Below, in pieces: positions 1 to 12,288 of a stretch of DNA of 64,000 nucleotides. Within the stretch, counting starts at the first letter, position 1; each line of letters starts with the position of its first letter. The notes under the pieces were generated by a model that worked only from the letters and a program-made list of their open reading frames with translations, had not been told where the DNA came from and did not search any database. This DNA comes from Stramenopiles sp. TOSAG23-2 (Eukaryota): the NCBI GenBank assembly GCA_900128395.1, contig LT649246.1, positions 1 through 64,000 of the forward strand. Direction: 5' to 3'. Made by a program: the position numbers and the translations under genes.

Positions 1-631
1 CCCTTTTTCCCTTTTTTTTCCCGCTTCGCGCCCCCCTTTTACACTGGCCAAAGCCCTGGACGGGGTAAACTATGATGGAGTCTTCACCAGGGAAGCCCAA
101 TCCTTCATGCATCGACTAGCCAAGATCAAGTATCCTGCTGTTGAAGGGTGTCAAAATTACTTAGTGACCCGGTCGGCTGGTTTATCCGGCACCTTCATGG
201 AAAAAGATAATGGTTGGTGCGTTTCTTTGGGCTGCTGGATGCTTTTCTTATACGGTTGGAAACATACCACGGTACGTCTAGCGATTGGGGTTGTGTGTGT
301 TGCTGGAGAATATAGTATTGTAGATTATTCATTAATAATAATAATATTTTATAAAAATAATAAAATAATAAATATTAAATATTTGCATTGTGCTACAGTA
401 TATATTAATAATATATTCCAATTATTATTATTTTATTGCACTATTTCTAGTCGTCTATTAATAGATGTACGAGGTAAGAGCGAGATACAAGTGAGTGTGT
501 AGAGACATATTAGCACATTACATAAGAACCACAACGAGAAAACAAATCATATAAATATATAACAACAACAGCAGAAATTAATTACAATTAATAATATATA
601 TATATATATATAAAGATAAATAAAAATAATA

Positions 632-2329
632 ATGGGACGTTCTTTCTCAACGTTATGTGATAATGTAATTTATTTATATCCATTATATTATTTAATTATG
701 GATGGGAGGAGAAAAATGAGTAAAAATATCTATTACACATTTACTTTTTGGGCACAATACATATTCTTGAAAAAGTTTTATCGATTATTAATCGATTTGG
801 CAAATCTTGGACTCCGTGGCTCTATCATGGCGCTGATTGGTGGCATGATTAAACAATTGAAAAAATTACCAGGTTTATCTGGTGTTGTGGAAGCGGAAAC
901 GAAGCAAACCTTGAAACAAATTGAAGAACATGTTCTTGGACATGCGCCAGATTGTGGAAAAGTTTTCTTGACATTACCAGAAAATGGATTGTCCAAGTCG
1001 CAAGCTGTGGCAGAGATAAAAAAAGCACGTGGAGTACAAAAAGATTTTGATAGCGGTGTTGCACCAGGTGGCATCTATCATCATGAAAAAGAAGAATTGA
1101 CAGAATTGCAACATGAAGCAATGGCTATTTTTTCATGTTCCAATGCCTTGTATCCAGGTGTATTTCCTGGTATACGTAAATTTGAATCAGAAATTATTAG
1201 CATGGTCTTAAATATGATGAATGGGGATACCTCAAAAGGACATTGTGGCTGTTTAACTTCAGGTGGTACGGAATCTGTATTGATGGCTGTATTAGCACAT
1301 CGTGAATATTATCGGGAAGTATATGGGATTGTTGAACCGGAAATTGTTGCAACTACTACATCACATGCAGCATTAGACAAAGCATGTCATTATTTTGGCA
1401 TTAAATTAGTACATTGTGATCCAGATCCAATTACGATGAAATCATGCCCTAAAAAATTTAAAAAATTAATCACGAACAATACCATCATGTTGTATACAAA
1501 TGCACCAAGTTTTCCACATGGCACAATTGATCCAATCGTTGAAATTGCAGCATTAGCGAAAAAATATAACATTGGTTGCCATGTAGATAATTGTTTAGGT
1601 GCATTTTTATTATCTCATATGAAAGCAAATGGAGATTTGAAACCAGAAGAAAATTTTGACATGTCAGTTGATGGTGTGACATCCATATCAGTTGATGTGC
1701 ATAAATATGGATTTTCATCAAAAGGATGCAGTGTTGTATTGTATGCAAACAGAAAATTGCGTCAAGGGCAATATACAGTAGTAACTGATTGGCCTGGTGG
1801 TTTATATTGTACTACAGGTGCTGGAGGATCTAGAGGTGGCTCCCCGATTGCAAGTGCGTGGTCCTCATTGGTTTACAATGGTTCGAAAAAATATCGTGAT
1901 TGTGCTAAACGAATCCATGAGACATTTTTAAAATTACGTGCTGGAATTGCAGATGTTCCAGGTGTAGTATTGGTTGGAAACCCCAATGCGGCAGTCATTG
2001 CGTTTACTAGTGAGCAATTTGATATTTATAAAGTTGCAGATGAAATGAAAGATGCAAATGGATGGGATGTACCACGAATGCAACGTCCACCTTGTTGCCA
2101 TATATGTGTAACATCGAAAACATGTGATAGCGCTGATAAATATTTACAAGATTTAAGAGCTGCAGCATTGAAATGTAGGGATACGCCAGCACAAGTGAAA
2201 GATGGTCTTGCAGGTATTTATGGACAAGCTGCCATTGTACCTGATCGTTCTGTCGTTGGCAACATTTTAAAAGGATATTTAGATGTTTTATATACACCAG
2301 CAAACAACAAGAACAAGAAAGAAGAATGA
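632..2329 (+). CDS. SGPL1: Sphingosine-1-phosphate lyase (PLP-dependent group II decarboxylase family)
   Basis: Motifs SNALYPGVFPG, TSGGTES, HAALDKAC, HVDNCLG, SVDVHKYG (PLP lysine) and DWPGGLY; N-terminal membrane segment. Exact start Met is uncertain. Confidence 0.9.
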   Translation: MGRSFSTLCDNVIYLYPLYYLIMDGRRKMSKNIYYTFTFWAQYIFLKKFYRLLIDLANLGLRGSIMALIGGMIKQLKKLPGLSGVVEAETKQTLKQIEEHVLGHAPDCGKVFLTLPENGLSKSQAVAEIKKARGVQKDFDSGVAPGGIYHHEKEELTELQHEAMAIFSCSNALYPGVFPGIRKFESEIISMVLNMMNGDTSKGHCGCLTSGGTESVLMAVLAHREYYREVYGIVEPEIVATTTSHAALDKACHYFGIKLVHCDPDPITMKSCPKKFKKLITNNTIMLYTNAPSFPHGTIDPIVEIAALAKKYNIGCHVDNCLGAFLLSHMKANGDLKPEENFDMSVDGVTSISVDVHKYGFSSKGCSVVLYANRKLRQGQYTVVTDWPGGLYCTTGAGGSRGGSPIASAWSSLVYNGSKKYRDCAKRIHETFLKLRAGIADVPGVVLVGNPNAAVIAFTSEQFDIYKVADEMKDANGWDVPRMQRPPCCHICVTSKTCDSADKYLQDLRAAALKCRDTPAQVKDGLAGIYGQAAIVPDRSVVGNILKGYLDVLYTPANNKNKKEE

Positions 2330-2644
2330 ATAGAGATGGGAAGAAAGAAGTAAAATAAAAGTAGTAGTAAAAAATTAATAATAGCAACAAACAACCCAAA
2401 ATAAAATTATATAAAATTTTAACATTTCTGTATACCAGTATACTACCACGTATACCTAGCTATAAATTTCAAATACATCAAAATTTTATTCTAAGATCAA
2501 TTTTTTCTTCATAAAATAATACCTGGGTAATAAAAAAGCCAATTTGAATGCAATAATAATCACACGAAAATAGAAATATAGAAACAATATTGTAAAGGTA
2601 CAAAACAAAATATCATAGTAAGTACAACAACAAACGAAACAATT

Positions 2645-4114
2645 ATGTTTGTTATAAAACGAAAACAACATCTAATTAAACAGAATTCATCATATATTTT
2701 TCGATCATTTTTCTCATATAATACTAATTATAAACATGGGAATACTAAAAATTATCATCATGTAATTAATAATAATAATAATAATACATATCTATTGAAA
2801 TATTATGATTGTAGTGATAATATAAAACTTCATCAGCATAATAGTAATAAGAATAATAATAATAAAACTGGTACAACATTGATAAAGTTCTTCTCAACAA
2901 GCACAACAATTCCAACAAATAAAAGTGATTTGTTCTTAGAACCATCAGTCATACCACAGGATGTATTAAACAATATGGATCCTGCAACTGCATACGCAGC
3001 TGGATTTCACTATTTTGAATTAGATGTAAAAAATAAAAAAAATAATAATGTTTCTGGAGACAACAACAATAGCAATAACGAAGAGAATATTGATGATGAA
3101 GAACTTTCACCAGAACTATTAAAAGAACGCGGAAAAAAAGTGATGAAAGAAATAAGAAAACAAATTAAAGCACAACGACGAAAGTTAATGCTTATTGATC
3201 AACAAGGAAAAGAAGGTGGTGGAGATATTAAACAAGCTGGTGAGATCTCAAATTTAGATATTGCAAAATCATTATTTCGATATGCAGCATCGAAAAATCA
3301 TTACGATGCTTGTGTGCAATTGGGAAATATGCATTTACAAAATGAAAATGAAATCAATGAGGCCATCGAAATGTATGAAATTGCAGGATTAAAAGGGAAT
3401 CATCCGGATGGATTATATAATTTAGGAAATATATATTATGAGAAACAAGATTATGAAAAAGCAGTAAGCTATTTTGAAAAAGCTTCAAATGTTGGTGATC
3501 CAAGTGCAACATTTTGGCTCGGATATGCATATCATCGTGGAATTGAAGCAGTTTCAAATGAAGGTAATAATGACACTGCAAATATGGTAGTAGATATGGA
3601 TCCAAAGAAAGCGTTCGATTTATTAAATAAAGCTGCTAATGATGGCCACAATGGTGCACGCATATATTTAGCACAAGCATATCGTTCCTCTGATGAAATG
3701 TTACAAATTGAAAAAAATGATGAGAAAATGTGGGAATATTTGAACATTGCAATAGATGAAAATGATGGCGAAGCATTGTACATAGTTGGTGACATGTATT
3801 TTAATGGGAGCGATGGGAAAGAAATTGATTACCGCCGTGCATTGGAATATTATTTAAAGTCCGGATACGACGGAGATCATTCAGTTGCACTTTGCTGTGC
3901 TGGAAGTATGTATTATAATGGATTAGGTGTACCAAGAGATTTCATGGCTGCGTTTAATTTATATCAAAAAAGTATTGAAGTAGATCGAAATAATTTAGAT
4001 GCATGGAAAAATATTGCAAGTATGCATTATTTTGGTGATGGTGTACAAGAAGATAAAGAAATGGCAAAGCACATACATGATGTTATTATTAAAAATTTAG
4101 AAGAAGACGATTAG
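2645..4114 (+). CDS. Sel1-like repeat protein, possibly mitochondrion-targeted
   Basis: Repeated units LYNLGNIYY, TFWLGYAYHRG, ALYIVGDMYFNG, AGSMYYNGLGVPRD; basic, Ser-rich N-terminus. Confidence 0.85.
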   Translation: MFVIKRKQHLIKQNSSYIFRSFFSYNTNYKHGNTKNYHHVINNNNNNTYLLKYYDCSDNIKLHQHNSNKNNNNKTGTTLIKFFSTSTTIPTNKSDLFLEPSVIPQDVLNNMDPATAYAAGFHYFELDVKNKKNNNVSGDNNNSNNEENIDDEELSPELLKERGKKVMKEIRKQIKAQRRKLMLIDQQGKEGGGDIKQAGEISNLDIAKSLFRYAASKNHYDACVQLGNMHLQNENEINEAIEMYEIAGLKGNHPDGLYNLGNIYYEKQDYEKAVSYFEKASNVGDPSATFWLGYAYHRGIEAVSNEGNNDTANMVVDMDPKKAFDLLNKAANDGHNGARIYLAQAYRSSDEMLQIEKNDEKMWEYLNIAIDENDGEALYIVGDMYFNGSDGKEIDYRRALEYYLKSGYDGDHSVALCCAGSMYYNGLGVPRDFMAAFNLYQKSIEVDRNNLDAWKNIASMHYFGDGVQEDKEMAKHIHDVIIKNLEEDD

Positions 4115-4331
4115 GTATAGAGTGTGTGAGAGAGTAAAACACTGAAGCGTTAGCCTGGAGTTTGTAATTGAGTACGTACATTAATATTTAATATAAAAAT
4201 ATTACTTCGTACATCATATTTCAATTGTACTTCGTAAAAATTTAAAACTTTTATAAAAATAAAATACGTATATTATAACCCTTGTTTTAAATTAAATCGT
4301 TAAAATATTTTTTACCGAATCGATTTTATTA

Positions 4332-4362
<31 letters not shown>

Positions 4363-4416
4363 CATTTTAAATTAAAAAGAGGAGAAAAACTACTCGGGGC
4401 ACTCAATAAATACCGA

Positions 4417-5669
4417 TCATATCATACGACTACTATTCGTCATATTAGTAAAACCAGCACTTTCTCCTCCACTTATCAACGCTTGATCACATGGTATTTG
4501 GTCCGACATATTATTTGTTGCTAATGCAAAGTATGGATCTAATCCACAATGCGCAAGTATCATGATACATGCAAAATATAAACGCCTGTCTTCAAATTGA
4601 AACAACCACCGAACATTGTGTCCAGTATCTGAGGCAGGTAAAAATTTTTCTTGATATAAAAACGTAAGGCATGTACCAATTAAAACAAAAAATGTGTATA
4701 AACCTGAATATCCCAATACTGACCACGGCTTATTTGCGTGATGACGGTAAGGATATACATATTTGTTCTCTGTTAATTTTGCTATTAAAAAATAAAAGAA
4801 AAAAATACAATAATAAAGCAAAGCTGAAAATCCATCAATTAAATTTGTCAATCGATGTTCTCGTGCCATTGATTTATATTCCCGGCGTTTCAAACATTTT
4901 GTTTGAATATTATAGCATGTATGAGATGTCAATATAACTTGTGAAAAAACTGAACCTATTGCTGCAGCAAGTCCATGGCATATAACACATATTCTTTATA
5001 GTTGAAATTGATAATTAAATCAAACATTGAAAAAAAGAAAAAACATGCACTCATACACCAGAAAAACCAATACACAATAAAGTTGATATGGTGTTTATTT
5101 TGCCATGTTTTTTGATATCCTGCAATTGGGAACAATTGACATATAGGACAAACAATTAATGGTATGACAAACATATAAATCAATTGCTTTTCTAATTTTA
5201 TTTGATGGACTTTCGAACTTTCATCTACATCAGCCCAATCGGTGGAATCAACCAATCCAGTCGCATTATATGCATGTCGTAAATTTCTTAAATGTTTTTG
5301 CATTGCAGGTTTCGCTGTATTTCGTAATAAATTCCAATGTTTTTTTACTTTGACATGTTTTATAGCTTGTCGTTTTCTCCAATTTCGTTGCACCAAAATA
5401 GCAGCGTCTTCTAGTGATAATTGCATATTTAAAGCAATATCAGCTGTGCTACTACCACGTGGACGTTCATCTGTTTTCTGATTTAAAAGTTGTAATGCAA
5501 GGTGTAAACCTTGATTATTTAATGTCAGGATTGCATCTGTTGAATGCTCCCGTTCAGCAACGGATGCCATCGTTTCATCTATAATTTGTTCCACTATTTC
5601 ATTCACTATTGGAGGTGGTACTGATTTTTTGTTAATTGAAGAAGATGTTATTGCTTGCAAAATATTCAT
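4417..5669 (-). pseudogene. Multi-pass membrane protein with an IQ-like motif, split by a 1-nt frameshift (pseudogene or sequencing error)
   Basis: ORFs 4956-5816 and 4417-4932 join into ...NYK-RICVICHGLAAAIGSVFSQVILTSH... if one A is added to the A-run at 4995-4997. IQ-like AAILVQRNWRKR and several hydrophobic helices. Likely ATG at 5669. Confidence 0.6.
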
Positions 5670-6564
5670 TTTATGTTGCGGGATGTTTTTTGTTGTTGTT
5701 GTTGTTGATGTATACACTGTACTATTATTATTAATTTTCTGATATACACTGGATTGATAATGACGGTGATGAATATATATGTACGCTAAATATACATTTT
5801 CATATACAATGTACACAGTCGTCTATATTCGGATACATGTTTATGTGTGGTGATGACTAAAAAGATAATGAAGATGTGTTCAATTTTAATAAAGAGGTAA
5901 TATTATAGGCCTATTTACCACTACCTGGTAAATTAAATTTAAATTAGCTGGTAATATAATAACGATTTTTGGATTATTCATTCTGGCGGATGTTGTGTTT
6001 TTGTGCCCAGTGTGTGCTCTGTGCTCTGTGTATGGTGTGATGAAAGACTCCATTCTTCTATCCTCGTAGGTGTGGAGATACAAAATGAAAACCCTTCACT
6101 TTACTTATTACATTAAGTAATTATATAGGAAAAATTTTAGATTTGTGAAAAAGTTGGACTGTATGAGACTACTGACAAATGATATTTTGAAAAATGCGTG
6201 CGAAGAATTAGGAGCAAACGTAGACTATACAAGAATGCGTAAAAAATAATAGAAAAAACGATCTATTATAATATTGTGTTGGATTAGCCAGTAAACATAA
6301 TATATACGCGTGTATTATATTAATATCAATTAATATATTTTATTATTATGCATATAATTTTAAGCCCCTTGTGTAAAATTAATATCATACGAGGTATCAT
6401 ATTAAACATGCATCATTATGATACACGTTGTCTAAAAAATGAATTTAAATTAAATGACACATTATATTATTCTTTTTGTTTTCACATATCCATTTCCTTT
6501 TGTTTTTTCACATCAACATTTCCAACTTCTACATCATAAAATTGTTTTATACATTAACATCTCA

Positions 6565-7653
6565 TTATAAATATGTTGTTGTTGTCCATTTATATACTGC
6601 TTCCATCATTGCCGTATCAGCTGTATTCCATTCCCAAAATCCCACTTGATCGATTCCTAAATTATTTGCCGTTAACAAATGAGCTTGGGTTGATCGTGCA
6701 TCTGTTCCATATCGAATACGTGGTTGCTTTGTTTTAGCATCTATGTAACGATGTACATAAATTTGATCAAAGAATTGCCAAACACTTTCAACACTGCCTG
6801 GTAATGCTTCATCTGGTACGGTTGGAGGACCAGCTTTATAAACTTGCGTTCCATTTCCACCGCCATAATGGGGTAAACTACAATAATCATTTGCATATGC
6901 TGGAAGTCCCATGACTAGTTTGTTGGCATCTACCCTTGCAAGCCACCATTCCATCCCTTGTTTAGCCCATGGTTGAGTGCTAGTAGGTCCTACTCCAACA
7001 CAATCAGGACGAGACGCTAATGTTTTTACACCACGACCACCAACCCAATACATATCGTAATTCATAACACGCACTACATCACATGTTTCATTTAAAACTG
7101 CTGGATCATAAAATACTGAAATACCATTTGAAGGCGTTGGATAATTTCCAACACAAGCACTCAATAATAAACCGGCTTTATGTAACTCATTGGATAAAGA
7201 CCGTAAGAAGATGGAGTAATTATCTGTAACAGATGAATTAATTGGTAAATGTTCAAAATCAAGATCTATACCACTATAACCACCTGCCCGTGCTTGTTTG
7301 ATATATTTTTCAATTGTTGTTTCTCTTTCTGCCTTTGTAAAAAATGCATCTGTACTACCACCCACCAATGTATATGTATTTATATGAAGTTCATTTTGTA
7401 CAATATCCATCCATTTAGCTTTTTCCTCGTTAGTGGAAGAAGAATTTCCCAATCGAGACAAAGACAAAGAGCGAAACTGATCGGAGTGAGCACGCAGCTC
7501 AACTAGTGAAGCTTCTAAATCACCTGCATCATACCAAGTAGCAATATTTTTCTTCGTTTTACTTGCATCAATATTTTTTAAATTGCACATGAATATTGTA
7601 AATACAACAATGAAGACAAATAAAAGCGGAATTGTATTATTATTATTAATCAT
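6565..7653 (-). CDS. Secreted glycoside hydrolase family 18 (chitinase-like)
   Basis: Signal peptide; intact catalytic GIDLDFE (DxDxE); VMNYD, KLVMGLPAY and terminal GFW motifs. Confidence 0.85.
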   Translation of the reverse strand: MINNNNTIPLLFVFIVVFTIFMCNLKNIDASKTKKNIATWYDAGDLEASLVELRAHSDQFRSLSLSRLGNSSSTNEEKAKWMDIVQNELHINTYTLVGGSTDAFFTKAERETTIEKYIKQARAGGYSGIDLDFEHLPINSSVTDNYSIFLRSLSNELHKAGLLLSACVGNYPTPSNGISVFYDPAVLNETCDVVRVMNYDMYWVGGRGVKTLASRPDCVGVGPTSTQPWAKQGMEWWLARVDANKLVMGLPAYANDYCSLPHYGGGNGTQVYKAGPPTVPDEALPGSVESVWQFFDQIYVHRYIDAKTKQPRIRYGTDARSTQAHLLTANNLGIDQVGFWEWNTADTAMMEAVYKWTTTTYL

Positions 7654-8169
7654 ATTTCAATGCTTATATCATATATATATATGTAAGTTTCAATCTAACA
7701 ACTTTTTTTTCTTTCTGATAAATTGTATACAGTAGTACATAAATATTTGAAATATCCATAGATGACCTATTATAGAGAAATCTAAATAATTGCATCACAA
7801 GCAGCAATTTGCACATTTTAATTTGTATATATATTAAAATAATAAATATCTTTGCCGTATCTTTTGTATCTTTTATAATAATACCTGCTCGGTATCGTAA
7901 AATTTACTTCTCATTCTCGGTGCTGTGTCCATATTAATATTAGACTAGCTGTAATTTTTGTGCGAATAGAAATAGATTTTCAGACTTGGAAATTGAAGTT
8001 CACGCGTCGCTCTCGCACCCATACGAGTATACGAATAAATTACGCGTACGAACTTCGTACATTTTTTTTATACAATTCTCTCTCATACATATATTCGTAT
8101 AATATATATATAATGTTTTAACCATCTTTAATATAATTCACTCTCCATCTATATATATATAATTCACTC

Positions 8170-11100
8170 TCACCAATTTTGAAAAAAGCCATCCAATTCA
8201 CTCAACAATTGCCAGCGATCTGTACGTATCCGTATCACAGTTGAAGTTTTTGAAATATGAAATTTAAACAACAAATGATATTTTGGTGGTAGTACAACAA
8301 TGGCACGTAATCGGATCATATCAGATACTTTGGCATCTTCACCATCATTATGATCATTATGTGTTTCTTTGCGATCATCTTTATCATCAGCAAATTGGGT
8401 ATACCAATTTTCTTCTGCATCTTCAAATTCAGATGGATCATCAATATCATTATTCAAATTAGAAGTATCCTTAACAATCATAAATGGCCCTAAATTATCT
8501 TTCACAGCTGCTATGACTCGTTCTTTTGGCATTTGCAAATGTTTCACAGATTCGGCACCGTCACATTGAATTGCTTTTAACTTTTCAATATTTCGAAATC
8601 CCATATTTGGTAACATTACTGCATCCCATAATAACATGAATAATATATTTTGTAAATATGCCACAGCTTTTTTGCCCCCAGTTTGCAATTCATTTGAAAA
8701 GACCAATTTCAAAGGTAACGGAAGGAATAAATCCTGAAACAAGACTTTTACATCTTGTAAGGAACCTTCAAACATCCCACCTTTTGTATCATTAAATACA
8801 AGCCTTACATTAAAAAATGTTGGGACCGGTGCAATCGGCCTTAATGTCAATACAAGTTTATACATAAATGGAAAGCAATCCGATTTTTTCACTGACTTTT
8901 CATTTTTACTCTGGTCTTCATTCTCCACAAAATTTTTCAAATATGGTAAATTGATTGATTCAATTGGTACGTAATCTGGTGATCTTGAAAATTCTAAAAC
9001 CAACGCATAAATAGGATCTTTCATTGATGATGCGTTAAACTTATTTTCCTCATTATCACCATCTTCATCCATAATATTTTCTCGATAACGTATTTGCAAA
9101 GGCATATGAATTTCAAATTGTTCTTTATGATCGTTCATAAATAATAAATAATGTGCCAAAATATCTAATGGCAAAACCTTTTCAAAAAGTTTTGCATTGT
9201 CAGCATTTTTTCCATCATTACCATCATTCCCACCTTTCCATAACATATGGACAATATCTGCAGTACCTTCATCCTGTAAACCAAGCGCTCTTCGTTTTTC
9301 AACAGACGGGTCTAAAGTCAAAAACTTTTCAATTGGTAAAGTTACTACAGAGCGATGTTGCTTTGGTTTAAAATCAATCACTAAGTTTTCATTCTCGTTC
9401 GTACCACATAAAATAGTAAGCAATTTTTGACGTTCCACATGCGTTAATAATTGAAGATATAGCCATGCACGATCTCTCGTATCTACATCACCATAATATT
9501 TTGCCATGAAACGCAAAACATCACCCAATGCTTCATACACTAATTCTGTTGGGTGAGTTATCAAAGAGGAACGACATATGGATAAAATCTTTGTCCCTGT
9601 GGACCAATCACCTTGATAACAAACATCCGTAATACGCATATAGCGTAAAATAGCTGTCAAAATAGGCAATGGATTGATTTCTGTCTCCGACACAATTCGT
9701 TCCATCAACGCAAAATAATGATGCAATCGCCTCGCTGGTTCAACCGTGGTTAACATTGGACAAAACGATGCAAGCAAAAACAACGCTGAGTTACGATATG
9801 ACGTATTATCAACCATCTTTTCCTCCTCTAAACCATTATTATTATCTTTTCCCAAAGTCAAATTTGCAGTGACTGCAAGTGTAGCTAATAATGCATTCCT
9901 TACAGGTAAACATTTGGTTTCTAAATATGTTTTATTTTTTGACATGTACAAATCAATTAAATGTATAGTGTTCTCAACAAAACGAGGACATTGGATAATC
10001 GTATCTAATAAGACACGTTGAACATCTTTAACGCGATTAGGAAAACGTTGCAACAGCTGATAGAGAAATCTATAAACAGCAGCTGAAACTCTGCTAAATG
10101 GTCCATAATATCTGTATTCCCCAAGTGATACCAATGCATCGATAATATCAGTTGGTGGGCCACATTTACTAAATGGGGTTGTATCAAAACAATGTAACAA
10201 TGCTTGAAGCTTTGCTTCTCTTAAAATTAATGGATCAAAAATAGTAGGCCATAAATCTTTATTGTGGTTATGAAGCAGCAAAAATAATGGGGTAAATTGA
10301 TTAAAACCATTTGGTGGCTTCGTTTGAGCCGGAAAACAGAGCAACCAATGTACCGCTAATAGTCGTGTATGTATTAAAGTCGACGAATCATTCATTAAGA
10401 CTTTTAACCTTCGAACCAATATCAATTCATCCTCCTCTGAAAAAACCCCGCTGATAGCACTATGTAACAATAATACCATATGAAACAGCAATGGATTTCG
10501 AGTAAATGCTAAACCTAAGAAATGATGTCGAAACAATGATGGATCAAGGTGTAACATATGAGCAAATGGAACAATTTTAGCAACCATACACGTTAAACTC
10601 CATGGCGACATTAACTCCCACGCATCTTTTAAGACAAATGAAAAAACGCTTACTAATTTATTGATGACAAAATCGTTAAATAATTGTATTTCTGTGTCGT
10701 TATCATCACCACCAGTACCATGAATAGTAAGAGGAGACGATATACGTTTATCATCATTTTTACTACTACTATTATTTACATTATTTGGTGCCAACATGGT
10801 TTTTGGATAATGTGAGTAGAAATCACACCACATTGGACCATTATGTCCGACAGTACTTTCCGGTACTTGAAATTGAGACAATTGTCCAACCGACAACGAA
10901 GACGAATACTCTTTACCCATATCTAATAAAAGGTCACCAATACCACTTCTAAGCAATGGTACAGGAACACGAGATAATCGTGCTGTTAAAGGTGTTGGTA
11001 ATGATTGAACGGTCATTGCCTTCCGTGCAGATGAAAATTTGGTAGATGAAAATCGTTTAGATGAGCTGTTATTATTCCAATTAAAACGTCCTGGTGATGG

Positions 11101-12288
11101 TGTCGGAGTATACGCATCACTTTGCCACGACGTATTATTATTGTTATTATTTGGTGTAGCAGTACTGATATTTTTATTATTATCTGTATCTGCAGTGGCA
11201 GACGATGTTACATTTAATTTTACTTTTTCTTCTTCGCTGCTATTATTATTACTATCAATATTCTTTTGATTATCATTACTATTTATTTCCTGTTTCGTTT
11301 CTTGTAATATCTTTGTTTGCAATACTTGATTAAATTTATGTGTTGCACAATGTTCTAATATTGATAACAATAATACAGTGTAAGACTGGCCAGTATGTGA
11401 TCGTTCTGCATGACATAATTTAAATAATGATGGCAATGCCATCGATTGATCAAACAATTCTTTATCTTCTAATATATCTTCAACAAATCCAGCTAATAAA
11501 CATGGATATGTCATTTCTAATTCACGTAATGACTCACATGCCATTTGCCTTGCATAACAATCTGAAAATGAATTTGTTTTTTGTATCACAGTTGCTAATA
11601 ATACAATAAAATTATTAAACACGGTGCGATATTCGTCTATTGCATCTATATGTATTAAGATAGTTGTTGCTACGACTAATACTTGACCTTTTAATACAGC
11701 TGTAATTGTACCTCTTTTTTCTTTTTGTTCCAATACGTGTTTCATAGTATTAAAGAAACACCATAATATTTTAATATCATCAAAATAATCTAAACATTGT
11801 TCTTGTAAAAATACCAACATATTTAACTTGGTTGCCTCGGATGTTGGTCCAACTAATGCTATCAAAATAGAATCAATAACAATACGTTTCGGATGATTTA
11901 AATAGCTAACAGGCACTGGCGTAATATCGTTTGCAAATTGATTATTATTTATGGTATTATTATTATTATTATTATTATTATTGTAAATATTACTGCTGTT
12001 GTTGCTATCAATTAAATGATTGTTGTTGGCCGTATTATTATTATTATTTATTGGAGTTTGTAAGGGTTGCTGTGAGGTAGGTGTAGATAATGATGATGTA
12101 TTGTTCTGGTTGGTTCCAATATCTCCAACAATTCTAACCGGTGTAGTTAGATCATAGTTTATATTTCTAATATTGCTTTGACTATAATTCTTCTTCTTAT
12201 TATTATTATTTTGATTATTATTATTCAAACTGGATTTTCTAGCAAAATCATACCAAGTTGCAGCGGTTGATGGCATTTCAAAATCCAT
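8170..12288 (-). CDS. AP5B1: AP-5 complex subunit beta-1
   Basis: ARQMACESLRELE..PCLL, DTRDRAWLYLQLL, IYALVLEF and C-terminal LPPKYHLL...IRTDRW match conserved AP5B1 blocks; Asn-rich inserts. Confidence 0.8.
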   Translation of the reverse strand: MDFEMPSTAATWYDFARKSSLNNNNQNNNNKKKNYSQSNIRNINYDLTTPVRIVGDIGTNQNNTSSLSTPTSQQPLQTPINNNNNTANNNHLIDSNNSSNIYNNNNNNNNNTINNNQFANDITPVPVSYLNHPKRIVIDSILIALVGPTSEATKLNMLVFLQEQCLDYFDDIKILWCFFNTMKHVLEQKEKRGTITAVLKGQVLVVATTILIHIDAIDEYRTVFNNFIVLLATVIQKTNSFSDCYARQMACESLRELEMTYPCLLAGFVEDILEDKELFDQSMALPSLFKLCHAERSHTGQSYTVLLLSILEHCATHKFNQVLQTKILQETKQEINSNDNQKNIDSNNNSSEEEKVKLNVTSSATADTDNNKNISTATPNNNNNNTSWQSDAYTPTPSPGRFNWNNNSSSKRFSSTKFSSARKAMTVQSLPTPLTARLSRVPVPLLRSGIGDLLLDMGKEYSSSLSVGQLSQFQVPESTVGHNGPMWCDFYSHYPKTMLAPNNVNNSSSKNDDKRISSPLTIHGTGGDDNDTEIQLFNDFVINKLVSVFSFVLKDAWELMSPWSLTCMVAKIVPFAHMLHLDPSLFRHHFLGLAFTRNPLLFHMVLLLHSAISGVFSEEDELILVRRLKVLMNDSSTLIHTRLLAVHWLLCFPAQTKPPNGFNQFTPLFLLLHNHNKDLWPTIFDPLILREAKLQALLHCFDTTPFSKCGPPTDIIDALVSLGEYRYYGPFSRVSAAVYRFLYQLLQRFPNRVKDVQRVLLDTIIQCPRFVENTIHLIDLYMSKNKTYLETKCLPVRNALLATLAVTANLTLGKDNNNGLEEEKMVDNTSYRNSALFLLASFCPMLTTVEPARRLHHYFALMERIVSETEINPLPILTAILRYMRITDVCYQGDWSTGTKILSICRSSLITHPTELVYEALGDVLRFMAKYYGDVDTRDRAWLYLQLLTHVERQKLLTILCGTNENENLVIDFKPKQHRSVVTLPIEKFLTLDPSVEKRRALGLQDEGTADIVHMLWKGGNDGNDGKNADNAKLFEKVLPLDILAHYLLFMNDHKEQFEIHMPLQIRYRENIMDEDGDNEENKFNASSMKDPIYALVLEFSRSPDYVPIESINLPYLKNFVENEDQSKNEKSVKKSDCFPFMYKLVLTLRPIAPVPTFFNVRLVFNDTKGGMFEGSLQDVKVLFQDLFLPLPLKLVFSNELQTGGKKAVAYLQNILFMLLWDAVMLPNMGFRNIEKLKAIQCDGAESVKHLQMPKERVIAAVKDNLGPFMIVKDTSNLNNDIDDPSEFEDAEENWYTQFADDKDDRKETHNDHNDGEDAKVSDMIRLRAIVVLPPKYHLLFKFHISKTSTVIRIRTDRWQLLSELDGFFQNW

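Noticed and set aside
107-502. 131-aa ORF as a gene
   Set aside because: Runs from a GC-rich patch into low-complexity AT spacer; no coherent protein.
4956-4958. Stop-codon reassignment or readthrough to explain the broken genes
   Set aside because: The breaks are frameshifts, and TAA, TAG and TGA all terminate intact genes in this window.
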